A stretch of DNA of 15,089 nucleotides. It comes from Candidatus Rokuibacteriota bacterium. Lineage in GTDB: Bacteria; Methylomirabilota; Methylomirabilia; Rokubacteriales; DASRDR01. The translations under genes and the position numbers were made by a program. Under the pieces are notes generated by a model. It ran no database searches. It was not told the origin of the DNA and saw only the letters and a program-made list of their open reading frames with translations. The stretch covers positions 1-15,089 of the forward strand of contig JBIOTN010000198.1 of assembly GCA_044866005.1 (NCBI GenBank). The letters are read 5' to 3'. This document shows, piece by piece, positions 1 to 7,148 of the stretch. Within the stretch, counting starts at the first letter, position 1. The number at the start of each line of letters is the position of its first letter.

Positions 1-12
1 CCCCCCCCCCCC

Positions 13-82
13 ACGGCCCTCCCGGCAAAGCCGGGCCGTTCGCCCGTCTTTCTCGGCCGAACGGCTCGGGCCTGCCTCCCCC
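13..82 (+). repeat. Partial, diverged copy (inner hairpin module) of the intergenic repeat at 5955-6166 / 11423-11637, truncated by the window start
   Basis: acggccct-cccggcAAAgccggg-ccgttcg-(15 nt)-cgaacgg-ctcgggcctgcctccccc aligns to acggccct-cgcggcAAAgccgcg-ccgttcg-(8 nt)-cgaacgg-atcgggcctgcctccccc in the reverse complement of the 11.5 kb copy. It is preceded by a C-run (1-12) where the full copies have cccccctccg. Confidence 0.85.
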
Positions 83-181
83 TCGCGACGATTCGGGGAT
101 CGGCAGAACCTTCTCGCGGCAGGGCCGGACGTCGCGGACAGGAAAGAGTAATGCTAGGGGGATCCTAGGCGACGGGTTCGG

Positions 182-1084
182 CTAGGCGTCGCGGTCGACG
201 TCCCGGTGCGTCACCGTCAGCGGAAAGCCCTGGGTCTCCACGAACTCACGCAGCTCCTCGACCAGCGCGACGGAGCGGTGCCGACCGCCCGTGCATCCTA
301 CCGCGATCGTCAGGTGGGCCTTGCCCTCCCGCTGGTAGCGCGGGAGAAGGTAGCCCAGGAAGTCGCGGACGCGCCCCACGAAGTCGCGCCCCTCGCCCCT
401 CTCCGCGAGGAACCGGCGGACCTCGGCGGCGCGCCCGTCGAGCGCCTTGAGCCCGTCGACGAAGAAGGGGTTCGGCAGGAAGCGGCAGTCGAAGACCAGG
501 TCGGCGTCGTAGGGGATGCCGTACTTGTACCCGAACGAGATCAGGTGGACGTTGAGTCCCAGCCGCGGCTCCTGCTCGCCGTAGCGCTCGACCAGCATCT
601 GCTTGAGCTGGTGCACGGTGATGTGCGAGGTGTCGATCACCCGATCGGCGAGCTCGCGGAGGTGCGCCAGGAGCTCCCGCTCGGCCCGGATGCCTTCGAG
701 CAGCGTGCTGCTGACCGGATGACGCCGGCGCGTTTCGTGGTACCGGCGGACCAGGGACTCCTCCGAGGCCTCGAGGAAGAGCACCTCGGTCGCGTATCCC
801 CGGGCGCGGAGCTCGCCCAGCACCTCGGCGATGGGCTTGAGGTACTCGCCCTCGCGGATGTCCACGCCGAGCGCGATCCGCCGGATCCGCCGGGTGGAGT
901 GGGCGCAGAGCTCGGCAAACGTGGGGATGAGGGTGGTGGGGAGGTTGTCCACGCAGTAGTAGCCCATGTCCTCGAAGCACTTGATGGCGTAACTCTTCCC
1001 CGCCCCGGACAGCCCGGTGATGATGATGAAGCGGAGCGGGCCGGGCTCCTCGCGCTCGGACTCCCGGACGTCGGCCTCGCTCAC
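182..1084 (-). CDS. rapZ: RNase adapter protein RapZ (YhbJ/YvcJ family P-loop nucleotide-binding protein)
   Basis: IITGLSGAGKS Walker A, GYYCVDNLP, DIR, RRYHETRRRHP, SFGYKYGIP, DCRFLPNPF, GCTGGRHRSV. GTG start with GAGG upstream. Usual position downstream of rpoN-hpf. Confidence 0.96.
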   Translation of the reverse strand: MSEADVRESEREEPGPLRFIIITGLSGAGKSYAIKCFEDMGYYCVDNLPTTLIPTFAELCAHSTRRIRRIALGVDIREGEYLKPIAEVLGELRARGYATEVLFLEASEESLVRRYHETRRRHPVSSTLLEGIRAERELLAHLRELADRVIDTSHITVHQLKQMLVERYGEQEPRLGLNVHLISFGYKYGIPYDADLVFDCRFLPNPFFVDGLKALDGRAAEVRRFLAERGEGRDFVGRVRDFLGYLLPRYQREGKAHLTIAVGCTGGRHRSVALVEELREFVETQGFPLTVTHRDVDRDA

Positions 1085-1166
1085 CGGGACGATCCTCGTG
1101 GACCCCAGCCGGTCACGGCGCTACGCGCACGAGCGGGGCGACGGGCATCGGGCCAAGGCTCGCCTG

Positions 1167-1700
1167 CTAGCCGGTCGGCTGGACCAGCTCGAGCTGGCCG
1201 TCGGCGTGGCGGCGCAGCACGTTGACGACCCGGCTCCGCGCGTTCGTGAAGACGAGGAGCCCGTCCTCCCGGATCCGGATCTGCTCGAGCGCCTCGTCCA
1301 GCGACATCGGTTTGGCGGCGAGCCGCCGGATCACCAGGCTCGGTCCGTCGTCCACCGGCCCGGCCTCGGGAACCGCGCCCACCATGGTCTGCGTGCGGCG
1401 CCCGGCCCGCGGCTTCCGGGCCTGGATCCGGTCTTTGCGCCGGCGCACCTGCGTCTCGAGGCTCGCCAGCGCCGCGTCGGTCGCGGTGTGAAAATCCGAC
1501 GCCGCGCCCTCGGCGTGGAGCGTCGCGCCCTTGGCCTGGAGCGTGACCTCGGCGACGTGCCGGTAGCGCTCCAGGCTCAGGACCACGCGGGCCTCGGCGA
1601 CCTTCGGCAGGAAGCGTGTCACCTTGGCCACCTTCGCTTCCACCCGGCGGCGCAAGGCCGGGGAGACGCCGACACCGTGGCCGCTGATGTGGATCTTCAT
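1167..1700 (-). CDS. hpf: Ribosome hibernation promoting factor, long two-domain HPF/RaiA (sigma54 modulation protein)
   Basis: MKIHISGHGVGVS...RVEAKVAKV N-terminal S30AE domain and C-terminal KPMSLDEALEQ...LVFTN...VNVL domain. 177 aa, directly after rpoN, GGAG RBS. Confidence 0.92.
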   Translation of the reverse strand: MKIHISGHGVGVSPALRRRVEAKVAKVTRFLPKVAEARVVLSLERYRHVAEVTLQAKGATLHAEGAASDFHTATDAALASLETQVRRRKDRIQARKPRAGRRTQTMVGAVPEAGPVDDGPSLVIRRLAAKPMSLDEALEQIRIREDGLLVFTNARSRVVNVLRRHADGQLELVQPTG

Positions 1701-1770
1701 CTCGATCTCCGTCCGCGGGTCCCGGGCGGAGGCCCGGGGCGCTCGATTCCGACGGGAATCGACACGGCGG

Positions 1771-3216
1771 TCAGGCGCGCTTGCGGGTGGCGAGCCTGCG
1801 CTGGTGCGAGGGGAGGATGCCGAGCTCCTCGCGATATTTCGCCACCGTCCGGCGTGCGATGGAGAGCCCGTTCTGCTTGAGCGCCCGCGTGATCTCCTGA
1901 TCGGACAAGGGCTTCTGCTGGTTCTCCTGGGCCACCAGGTCCTGGATCATCTTCTTGACGCTGATGGAGGAGACCATCTCGCCGCGGCCCGTGGCGATGC
2001 CGCTGTGGAAGAAGAACTTCAGCTCGAAGAGGCCCTGGGGCGTCTGGACGTACTTGTTCGTCGTGACGCGGCTCACCGTCGACTCGTGCATGTGGATGTC
2101 CTCGGCCACGTCCCGCAGCGCGAGCGGCCGGAGATGCGGGAGACCATGGGCGAGGAACTCTTTCTGGAACTTCACGATCGAGTCGGTGACCCGGTAGAGC
2201 GTCCGCTGCCGCTGGTGCACGCTCTTGATGAGCCAGATCGCGGAGCGAAGCCGATCCTCGACGTAGCGCCGCGCCTCGTCTCCCTGCCCGCGGCCCAGCA
2301 TGCTGCGGTAGTAGGGGTTGATGCGCAGGCGCGGGATCCCGTCGTCGTTGAGCACGATGGCGTAGCCGTCGTCGGTCTTGTGGACGTAGACGTCGGGGAC
2401 CACGTACCGCGTGTCGGAGGGCGCGAAGCGGCGGCCCGGCTTGGGCTCGAGCCCCGCGATCTCCTCGACGGCCTCCATGACGCGATCCTGGTCGCGCTTG
2501 AGCGCCCGCGCGATCTCCCCGTACTTGCAGCGCTGGAACGCGTCGAAGTGGCCCTCCAGGATCTCGATCGCGAGCGGGTCCGGGTCGCTCTGCTCGCGGA
2601 GCTGGATCAACAGGCACTCCCGGAGATCGCGCGCCGCGACGCCCGGCGGGTCGAAGGTCTGCACGAGCGTGAGGGCCTTCTCGAACACGGCCCCCGGCTG
2701 GCCGATCTTCTCCGCCATCTCCTCGAGCGTGGCCCTGAGGTATCCGTCCTCGTCCAGGTTCCCGATGATCTCCTCGGCCGCGAGCTGGACGTCCGGGTCG
2801 ACCACGGACAGCCGCAGCTGATCGTAGAGGTGGTCGGAGAGGGACGTGGTCGTGCCCACGAAGTTCTCGAAGCGGGTCTCTTCGTGCTGCTCCTGCTGGA
2901 CGAGGGTGCGCTCGTCGGGCGGCCCGAACATGATCTCGGTCAGGTCGAACGGCAGATCGGGCGTTTCCACGGCGTCCGTGCTGGCGGGGGCGTCGGCCGG
3001 CGTCGCGTCGAGCGCCGGCGTGTCGGCCGCGGGCTCCGGCGGCGGCGGCTCGTCGGTGGGCGTCTCCTCCAGCATGGGGTTCTCGGTGAGCTCTTTCTGC
3101 AGGAGCTCCTGGAGCTCGATGGTCGACAGCTGCAGCAGCTGGATGGCCTGCTGCAGCATCGGCGTCATGACGAGCCGCTGGGTCTGGCGCAGCGTGAGGC
3201 GAGCTTCCATGGCCAC
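1771..3216 (-). CDS. rpoN: RNA polymerase sigma-54 factor
   Basis: Q/L-rich region I (LTLRQTQRLVMTPMLQQAIQLLQLS), acidic region II, IIGNLDEDGYL, DPPGVAARDLRECLLIQL, HESTVSRVTTNKY HTH and RpoN box ARRTVAKYRE. AGGAG RBS before the GTG. Alternative ATG at 3210. Confidence 0.98.
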   Translation of the reverse strand: MAMEARLTLRQTQRLVMTPMLQQAIQLLQLSTIELQELLQKELTENPMLEETPTDEPPPPEPAADTPALDATPADAPASTDAVETPDLPFDLTEIMFGPPDERTLVQQEQHEETRFENFVGTTTSLSDHLYDQLRLSVVDPDVQLAAEEIIGNLDEDGYLRATLEEMAEKIGQPGAVFEKALTLVQTFDPPGVAARDLRECLLIQLREQSDPDPLAIEILEGHFDAFQRCKYGEIARALKRDQDRVMEAVEEIAGLEPKPGRRFAPSDTRYVVPDVYVHKTDDGYAIVLNDDGIPRLRINPYYRSMLGRGQGDEARRYVEDRLRSAIWLIKSVHQRQRTLYRVTDSIVKFQKEFLAHGLPHLRPLALRDVAEDIHMHESTVSRVTTNKYVQTPQGLFELKFFFHSGIATGRGEMVSSISVKKMIQDLVAQENQQKPLSDQEITRALKQNGLSIARRTVAKYREELGILPSHQRRLATRKRA

Positions 3217-3266
3217 GGCGATTCTCCTACCCGGCCACCGCGCGCCCTCCGGCGCAGCCCGGTCGA

Positions 3267-3986
3267 TCAGAGCGAGAACTTCTCACCGAGGTAGATCTCT
3301 CTCGCCCGCTCGTTGGTCGCGAGCTCCTTGGAGGTCCCCGACACGAGAATCTGCCCGTCGTAGAGGATATACGAGCGATCCGTGATCTCGAGCGTTTCGC
3401 GCACGTTGTGGTCCGTGATCAGCACGCCGATCCCTTTCTGCCGGAGCCGCGAGACGATCCCCTGGATCTCGGTGATCGCGATGGGGTCGATCCCGGTGAA
3501 CGGCTCGTCGAGGAGGAGGTAGCTCGGGGAGCTGATCAGCGCCCGCGTGATCTCGAGCCGCCGCCGCTCGCCGCCGGAGAGCGTGTAGGCGCGTTGCTTG
3601 GCCAGCCCTTCCAGGCCCAGCTCGCGCAGGAGCGCGTAGAGCCGCTCCTCGCGCTCGCGTGCCGTCAGGTCCAGCGTCTCGAGGATCGCCAACAGGTTCT
3701 CCTCCACGGTCAGCTTGCGGAAGACCGACGACTCCTGGGGGAGGTATCCGATCCCCCGCCGGGACCGCCGGTACATCGGCAGATCCGTGATGTCCACGCC
3801 GTCCAGCAGGATCCGGCCCCGGTCCGGCGCCAGCAGCCCGACGACCATGTAGAACGTCGTGGTCTTGCCGGCGCCGTTCGGGCCGAGGAGGCCGACGACC
3901 TCGCCCCGGTTGATCACGAGGTTGACGTTGTCGACGACCTTTCGCTGCCAGAAGCTCTTTTGAAGCCCCCGCGCCTCGAGCCCCAT
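3267..3986 (-). CDS. lptB: LPS export ABC transporter ATP-binding protein LptB
   Basis: GPNGAGKTT Walker [24 protein letters not shown] signature (LptB-type), [24 protein letters not shown]-terminal YLGEKF. Confidence 0.97.
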   Translation of the reverse strand: MGLEARGLQKSFWQRKVVDNVNLVINRGEVVGLLGPNGAGKTTTFYMVVGLLAPDRGRILLDGVDITDLPMYRRSRRGIGYLPQESSVFRKLTVEENLLAILETLDLTAREREERLYALLRELGLEGLAKQRAYTLSGGERRRLEITRALISSPSYLLLDEPFTGIDPIAITEIQGIVSRLRQKGIGVLITDHNVRETLEITDRSYILYDGQILVSGTSKELATNERAREIYLGEKFSL

Positions 3987-3991
3987 GCCCC

Positions 3992-4630
3992 CTATCCGCA
4001 GGAGGCTGGCCGCTTCTCCTCCTTTTCCTTCTTCGTGGCCACCTTCGTCGTGTCCTGGGAGTTCTCGTCCCGCTTCGGGTAGAAGACCGACTTCACCCGC
4101 TCGCGCGCCCCGCCCTTGACCGTGCTCCGGTCCTCGGCGAGGAGCATCTCGATCTCTTCACCCGTCACCACGTTCTCATCCTGCCACACCTTGGCGTCGC
4201 CCAACAGCAAGAGTCGCTGCTCGTCGTCGTAGTACTCGGCGCGCCGCGCCGTCCCGGTCCGACAGTCCTCCGTGACGATCTTGACGTTTCCCGTCGAGAC
4301 GATCCGCACCACGCGCTCGCCCTTGTCGTCGAGGTAGACCTCCATGCGGTCGGCCGTCTGCGTCGAGTTGTCCTGCTTCGCCACGACATTGCCGGTGAAG
4401 ATGACGAGCCCTTCCCGCTTCATCGCCTCCATCCGGTCGGCGTCGATGACGATCGGCGAGTTGGAGCGCTGCCCCGGCTCGCGTTTCCCCTTCTCCGTCG
4501 TCTTCCCCGCCGCGGGCTTGGCGCCGGCGGGCGCCGGGGCCGCGGGGCGCGGCTGGGCGCCGACGGAGGGCGGAGCGGCGAGGCAGAGGAGGACGAGCAC
4601 CGCCGCGATCACGGGCAGGGGTGCGCTCAT
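3992..4630 (-). CDS. lptA: LPS transport periplasmic protein LptA (OstA-like beta-jellyroll)
   Basis: True start inferred at ATG 4630 ([18 protein letters not shown] signal peptide, ATGA overlap with the lptC stop). [10 protein letters not shown]...[10 protein letters not shown]...ADRMEV...GNVKIV...[20 protein letters not shown] is the LptA pattern. Lies between lptC and lptB. Confidence 0.88.
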   Translation of the reverse strand: MSAPLPVIAAVLVLLCLAAPPSVGAQPRPAAPAPAGAKPAAGKTTEKGKREPGQRSNSPIVIDADRMEAMKREGLVIFTGNVVAKQDNSTQTADRMEVYLDDKGERVVRIVSTGNVKIVTEDCRTGTARRAEYYDDEQRLLLLGDAKVWQDENVVTGEEIEMLLAEDRSTVKGGARERVKSVFYPKRDENSQDTTKVATKKEKEEKRPASCG

Positions 4631-5214
4631 GAGCCGCTCCTTGGGAAGAACCCGAGGTTGGCGTTCCTCCGGTTCTGGATCACGACCCGGACGTTCTGTT
4701 CGACGACGGCCTGCTGGTCCTGCATCCGGACGTCGAGCCCACGCCCCGTGATCGTCGTCTCGGCCCTGCGGATCTCCACGGCCTCGTCGGTAGACAGGTT
4801 CCGGTCCTGGTTCCGCCAGTTGAGCCGCGGGGTCGTGAGCCGCAGGCCGTCGTTCGAGGTGACGACCACGTTCCCCTGCAGCGCGACGTCCCGCGTCTGG
4901 TTGTCGAGCACGCCCTCGTCCCCCGTGACGGTCCACACGCCGTCCTTGGAGAAGACGCGGACGACGACCGTGCGCATCACGGTTCGCTGCTCCCTGTCGA
5001 AGACCTCGGCCTGGTCCGCGTCGAGCGTCCAGCGGAGGTTGCCCTCCAGCGTCTCGTTGATGTGGATCTCGCGGATCCGGTAGTCCGCTTGCTGCTGGGC
5101 CGGTGGCGGCGCGGTCGGCGCGCGGCGGGCCCACACTTTCCACGCGACCATGCCGCCCAGCCCTACCAGGAGGGCGACGAAGCAGAGGAGAAAGACCGTT
5201 GAGAGCCGCCGCAT
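4627..5214 (-). CDS. lptC: LPS export periplasmic protein LptC
   Basis: Single N-terminal TM helix, then WTLDADQA, LQGNVVVTSNDGLRLTTPRLNW, TDEAVEI, ITGRGL LptC-like beta-jellyroll motifs. Synteny kdsC-lptC-lptA-lptB. Confidence 0.88.
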   Translation of the reverse strand: MRRLSTVFLLCFVALLVGLGGMVAWKVWARRAPTAPPPAQQQADYRIREIHINETLEGNLRWTLDADQAEVFDREQRTVMRTVVVRVFSKDGVWTVTGDEGVLDNQTRDVALQGNVVVTSNDGLRLTTPRLNWRNQDRNLSTDEAVEIRRAETTITGRGLDVRMQDQQAVVEQNVRVVIQNRRNANLGFFPRSGS

Positions 5215-5251
5215 CGGCGTCCGATTTGCTTTTATCTCACAGCCTGACCGA

Positions 5252-5280
5252 ACGCTAGCATAAACCGTGCCGCGAGTAAA
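5252..5280 (-). promoter_or_regulatory. Putative sigma70-type internal promoter for lptC-lptA-lptB-rpoN-hpf-rapZ
   Basis: Minus strand reads TTTACT (5280-5275), 17 bp, TAGCGT (5257-5252) with an extended-10 TGn. It sits in one of the few AT-rich patches, about 40 bp upstream of the lptC ATG. Confidence 0.6.
5257..5272 (-). promoter_or_regulatory. Putative sigma54 (-24/-12) binding site
   Basis: Minus strand CGGCACGGTTTATGCT versus consensus TGGCACG-N4-TTGCW. Exact GG-N10-GC spacing, oriented toward lptC...rpoN. Confidence 0.6.
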
Positions 5281-5392
5281 CCCGCAACCGAGGGCACGCG
5301 CGCCTGGCGCGCGGCGCGGGACGGGGATCTTCCACCGCGTCGCGGGGTTGGATGGCGACGGGAGGGCGCGGTCGAGCCCGCCGCGGGTCGGC

Positions 5393-5920
5393 TCAGGCGA
5401 ACCAGGCGCCGCGGGCGCGGAGGAGCGCCTCCAGGACCTCGCGAACCGCGCCCCGCCCGCCGCCCGCGCGGCTCACCCACCGGGCCGCCCGCCGCACCTC
5501 CGGGACCGCGTCGGCCGGCGCGGTGGCCAGGCCGGCGCGCCTGAGGAGCGGCAGGTCGGGGAGGTCGTCGCCCATGCACGCCACCTCGGCGTCCCTCAAG
5601 CCGTGGCGCGCGCGCAGGGTCTCGTACACGGCGAGCTTGTCCTGGACTCCCTGGTGGACCTCCTGCAGCCCGAGCTCTGCGCAGCGCCGCGCCACGGCGT
5701 CGGAGCGTCGCGAGGAGAGGACCGCCACCGGAAACGCGACCGCCGCCGCGCGGGCCAGGGCGAGGCCGTCGTGGACGTGGAAGACCTTCCACTCGGCCCC
5801 CGCGGGGCCGTGGTAGAGCCGCCCGTCCGTGAGCACGCCGTCCACGTCGAGGACGAGGAGGCGGATCTGCCGCAGCCGCGCCTTCCCCGGCGGCCCCCTC
5901 CGAGACTTACGCGCGGCCAC
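5393..5920 (-). CDS. kdsC: 3-deoxy-D-manno-octulosonate 8-phosphate phosphatase KdsC (HAD family)
   Basis: LLVLDVDGVLTDG HAD motif I, FHVHDG, QGVQDK, MGDDLPDL, GGRGAVRE. Follows kdsA-kdsD. Confidence 0.93.
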   Translation of the reverse strand: MAARKSRRGPPGKARLRQIRLLVLDVDGVLTDGRLYHGPAGAEWKVFHVHDGLALARAAAVAFPVAVLSSRRSDAVARRCAELGLQEVHQGVQDKLAVYETLRARHGLRDAEVACMGDDLPDLPLLRRAGLATAPADAVPEVRRAARWVSRAGGGRGAVREVLEALLRARGAWFA

Positions 5921-5954
5921 GCCCGAACCTCACCCCGTTCGCCAGCCCGAGCCG

Positions 5955-6166
5955 AGACGCGAGCGGATCAAGGACGCAGGGAGGACGCGCGCCGAGGCGT
6001 GTGCCGCATACGCTCTCTCGGAGGGGGGCTCTGCCCCCCTCCGACGGCCGTCGCGGCAAAGCCGCGCGGTTCGCCCTCCAGCGAACGGATCGGGCCTGCC
6101 TTCCCCGAGGACAAGGCCGGAGGTCGAGGCGCGGCGACGACTGAGGACGCAGAGATGCGACGGCTG
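5955..6166 (+). repeat. Structured intergenic repeat, full copy 1 (kdsD-kdsC spacer)
   Basis: 5955-6150 aligns without gaps to the reverse complement of 11637-11442 with 17 mismatches in 196 bp (hand count). A further gcgacggc is shared after a small indel. Contains a perfect 12-bp hairpin tcggaggggggc-tct-gcccccctccga (6018-6044) and other stems. Confidence 0.95.
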
Positions 6167-6179
6167 TCGGGCCGGCCTG

Positions 6180-7148
6180 TCACGCGATCTTGGCGCGCAG
6201 GAGGTCGTGCAGGTGCAGGATGCCGTCGGCGCGCCCGCCGTCGTCCACGATGAGGAGCTGCGTGATGGCGTGGCGCTCCATCAGCGCCAGGGCCGTCGCG
6301 GCGAGCTCGTGGCGCCCCACCGTCTTCGGCTCCCGCGTCATGAGCGAGGCTGCGGTTCCGGACAGGCTCCCGCCGCCGCGCTGCACGGCGCGGCGCAGGT
6401 CGCCGTCCGTGACGATGCCGACGACCCGGCCGGCGTCGTCCACGACCGCCGTGGCGCCGAGCCGCTTGGCCGACATCTCCCGGATCACCTCGTCCAGCGA
6501 GGCATCGGTCCGGACGATCGGCACCGCGTCTCCCCGATGCATCAGCTCCTCCACGCGGACGAGCCGGCGCCCGAGCGCGCCGCCCGGATGGAGCCGCGCG
6601 AAGTCCTCCGGGCGGAGGCCCCGGCGCGTCAGGAGGGCCACCGCCAGGGCGTCGCCCAGCGCGATCGCGGCGGTGGTCGAGGCGGTCGGCGTGAGGTTCA
6701 TGGGGCACGCCTCTTCCCGCACCGAGACGTCGAGCACGACGTCGCCGTGCTGGGCCAGCCGCGAGTCGGGCCGTCCCGTGAGGACCACGAGCGGCAGCGC
6801 CAGCCGCTTGATCGCCGGCAAGAGCGCGAGGAGCTCGTCGGTCTCGCCGCTGTTGGAGAGCGCCACGACCACGTCACCGGCGAGCAGCATCCCGAGGTCG
6901 CCGTGGACGCCCTCGGCCGGGTGGAGGAAGAGCGCCGGCGTTCCCGTGCCGGCCAGCGTGGCGGCGAGCTTCCGCGCGACCAGCCCGGACTTCCCCATCC
7001 CGGTGACCACGACACGGCCCCGGCACGCCTCGAGCAACGCGACCGCGCGCGTGAAGCGCTCGTCCAGGCGGTCGGCCAGCGCGCGAACGGCGTCCGCCTC
7101 CACCTCGAGGACGCGCCGCGCGACCTTGAGGAGCTCGTCCGCGCTCAT
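6180..7148 (-). CDS. kdsD: Arabinose 5-phosphate isomerase KdsD/KpsF/GutQ (SIS + CBS pair)
   Basis: Start ATG 7148 (MSADELL, ATGA overlap with the kdsA stop). GRVVVTGMGKSG, FLHPAEGVHGDLG, SNSGET, EACPMNLTPTASTT, HPGGALG, C-terminal CBS (GIVTDGDLRR, HLHDLL). Confidence 0.95.
   Translation of the reverse strand: MSADELLKVARRVLEVEADAVRALADRLDERFTRAVALLEACRGRVVVTGMGKSGLVARKLAATLAGTGTPALFLHPAEGVHGDLGMLLAGDVVVALSNSGETDELLALLPAIKRLALPLVVLTGRPDSRLAQHGDVVLDVSVREEACPMNLTPTASTTAAIALGDALAVALLTRRGLRPEDFARLHPGGALGRRLVRVEELMHRGDAVPIVRTDASLDEVIREMSAKRLGATAVVDDAGRVVGIVTDGDLRRAVQRGGGSLSGTAASLMTREPKTVGRHELAATALALMERHAITQLLIVDDGGRADGILHLHDLLRAKIA

Noticed and set aside
140..175. Possible minus-strand promoter downstream of rapZ (TAGCAT; ctagg/cctag palindrome at 154-168)
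   Set aside because: No acceptable -35 or extended -10 and no visible target gene, so too weak to call.
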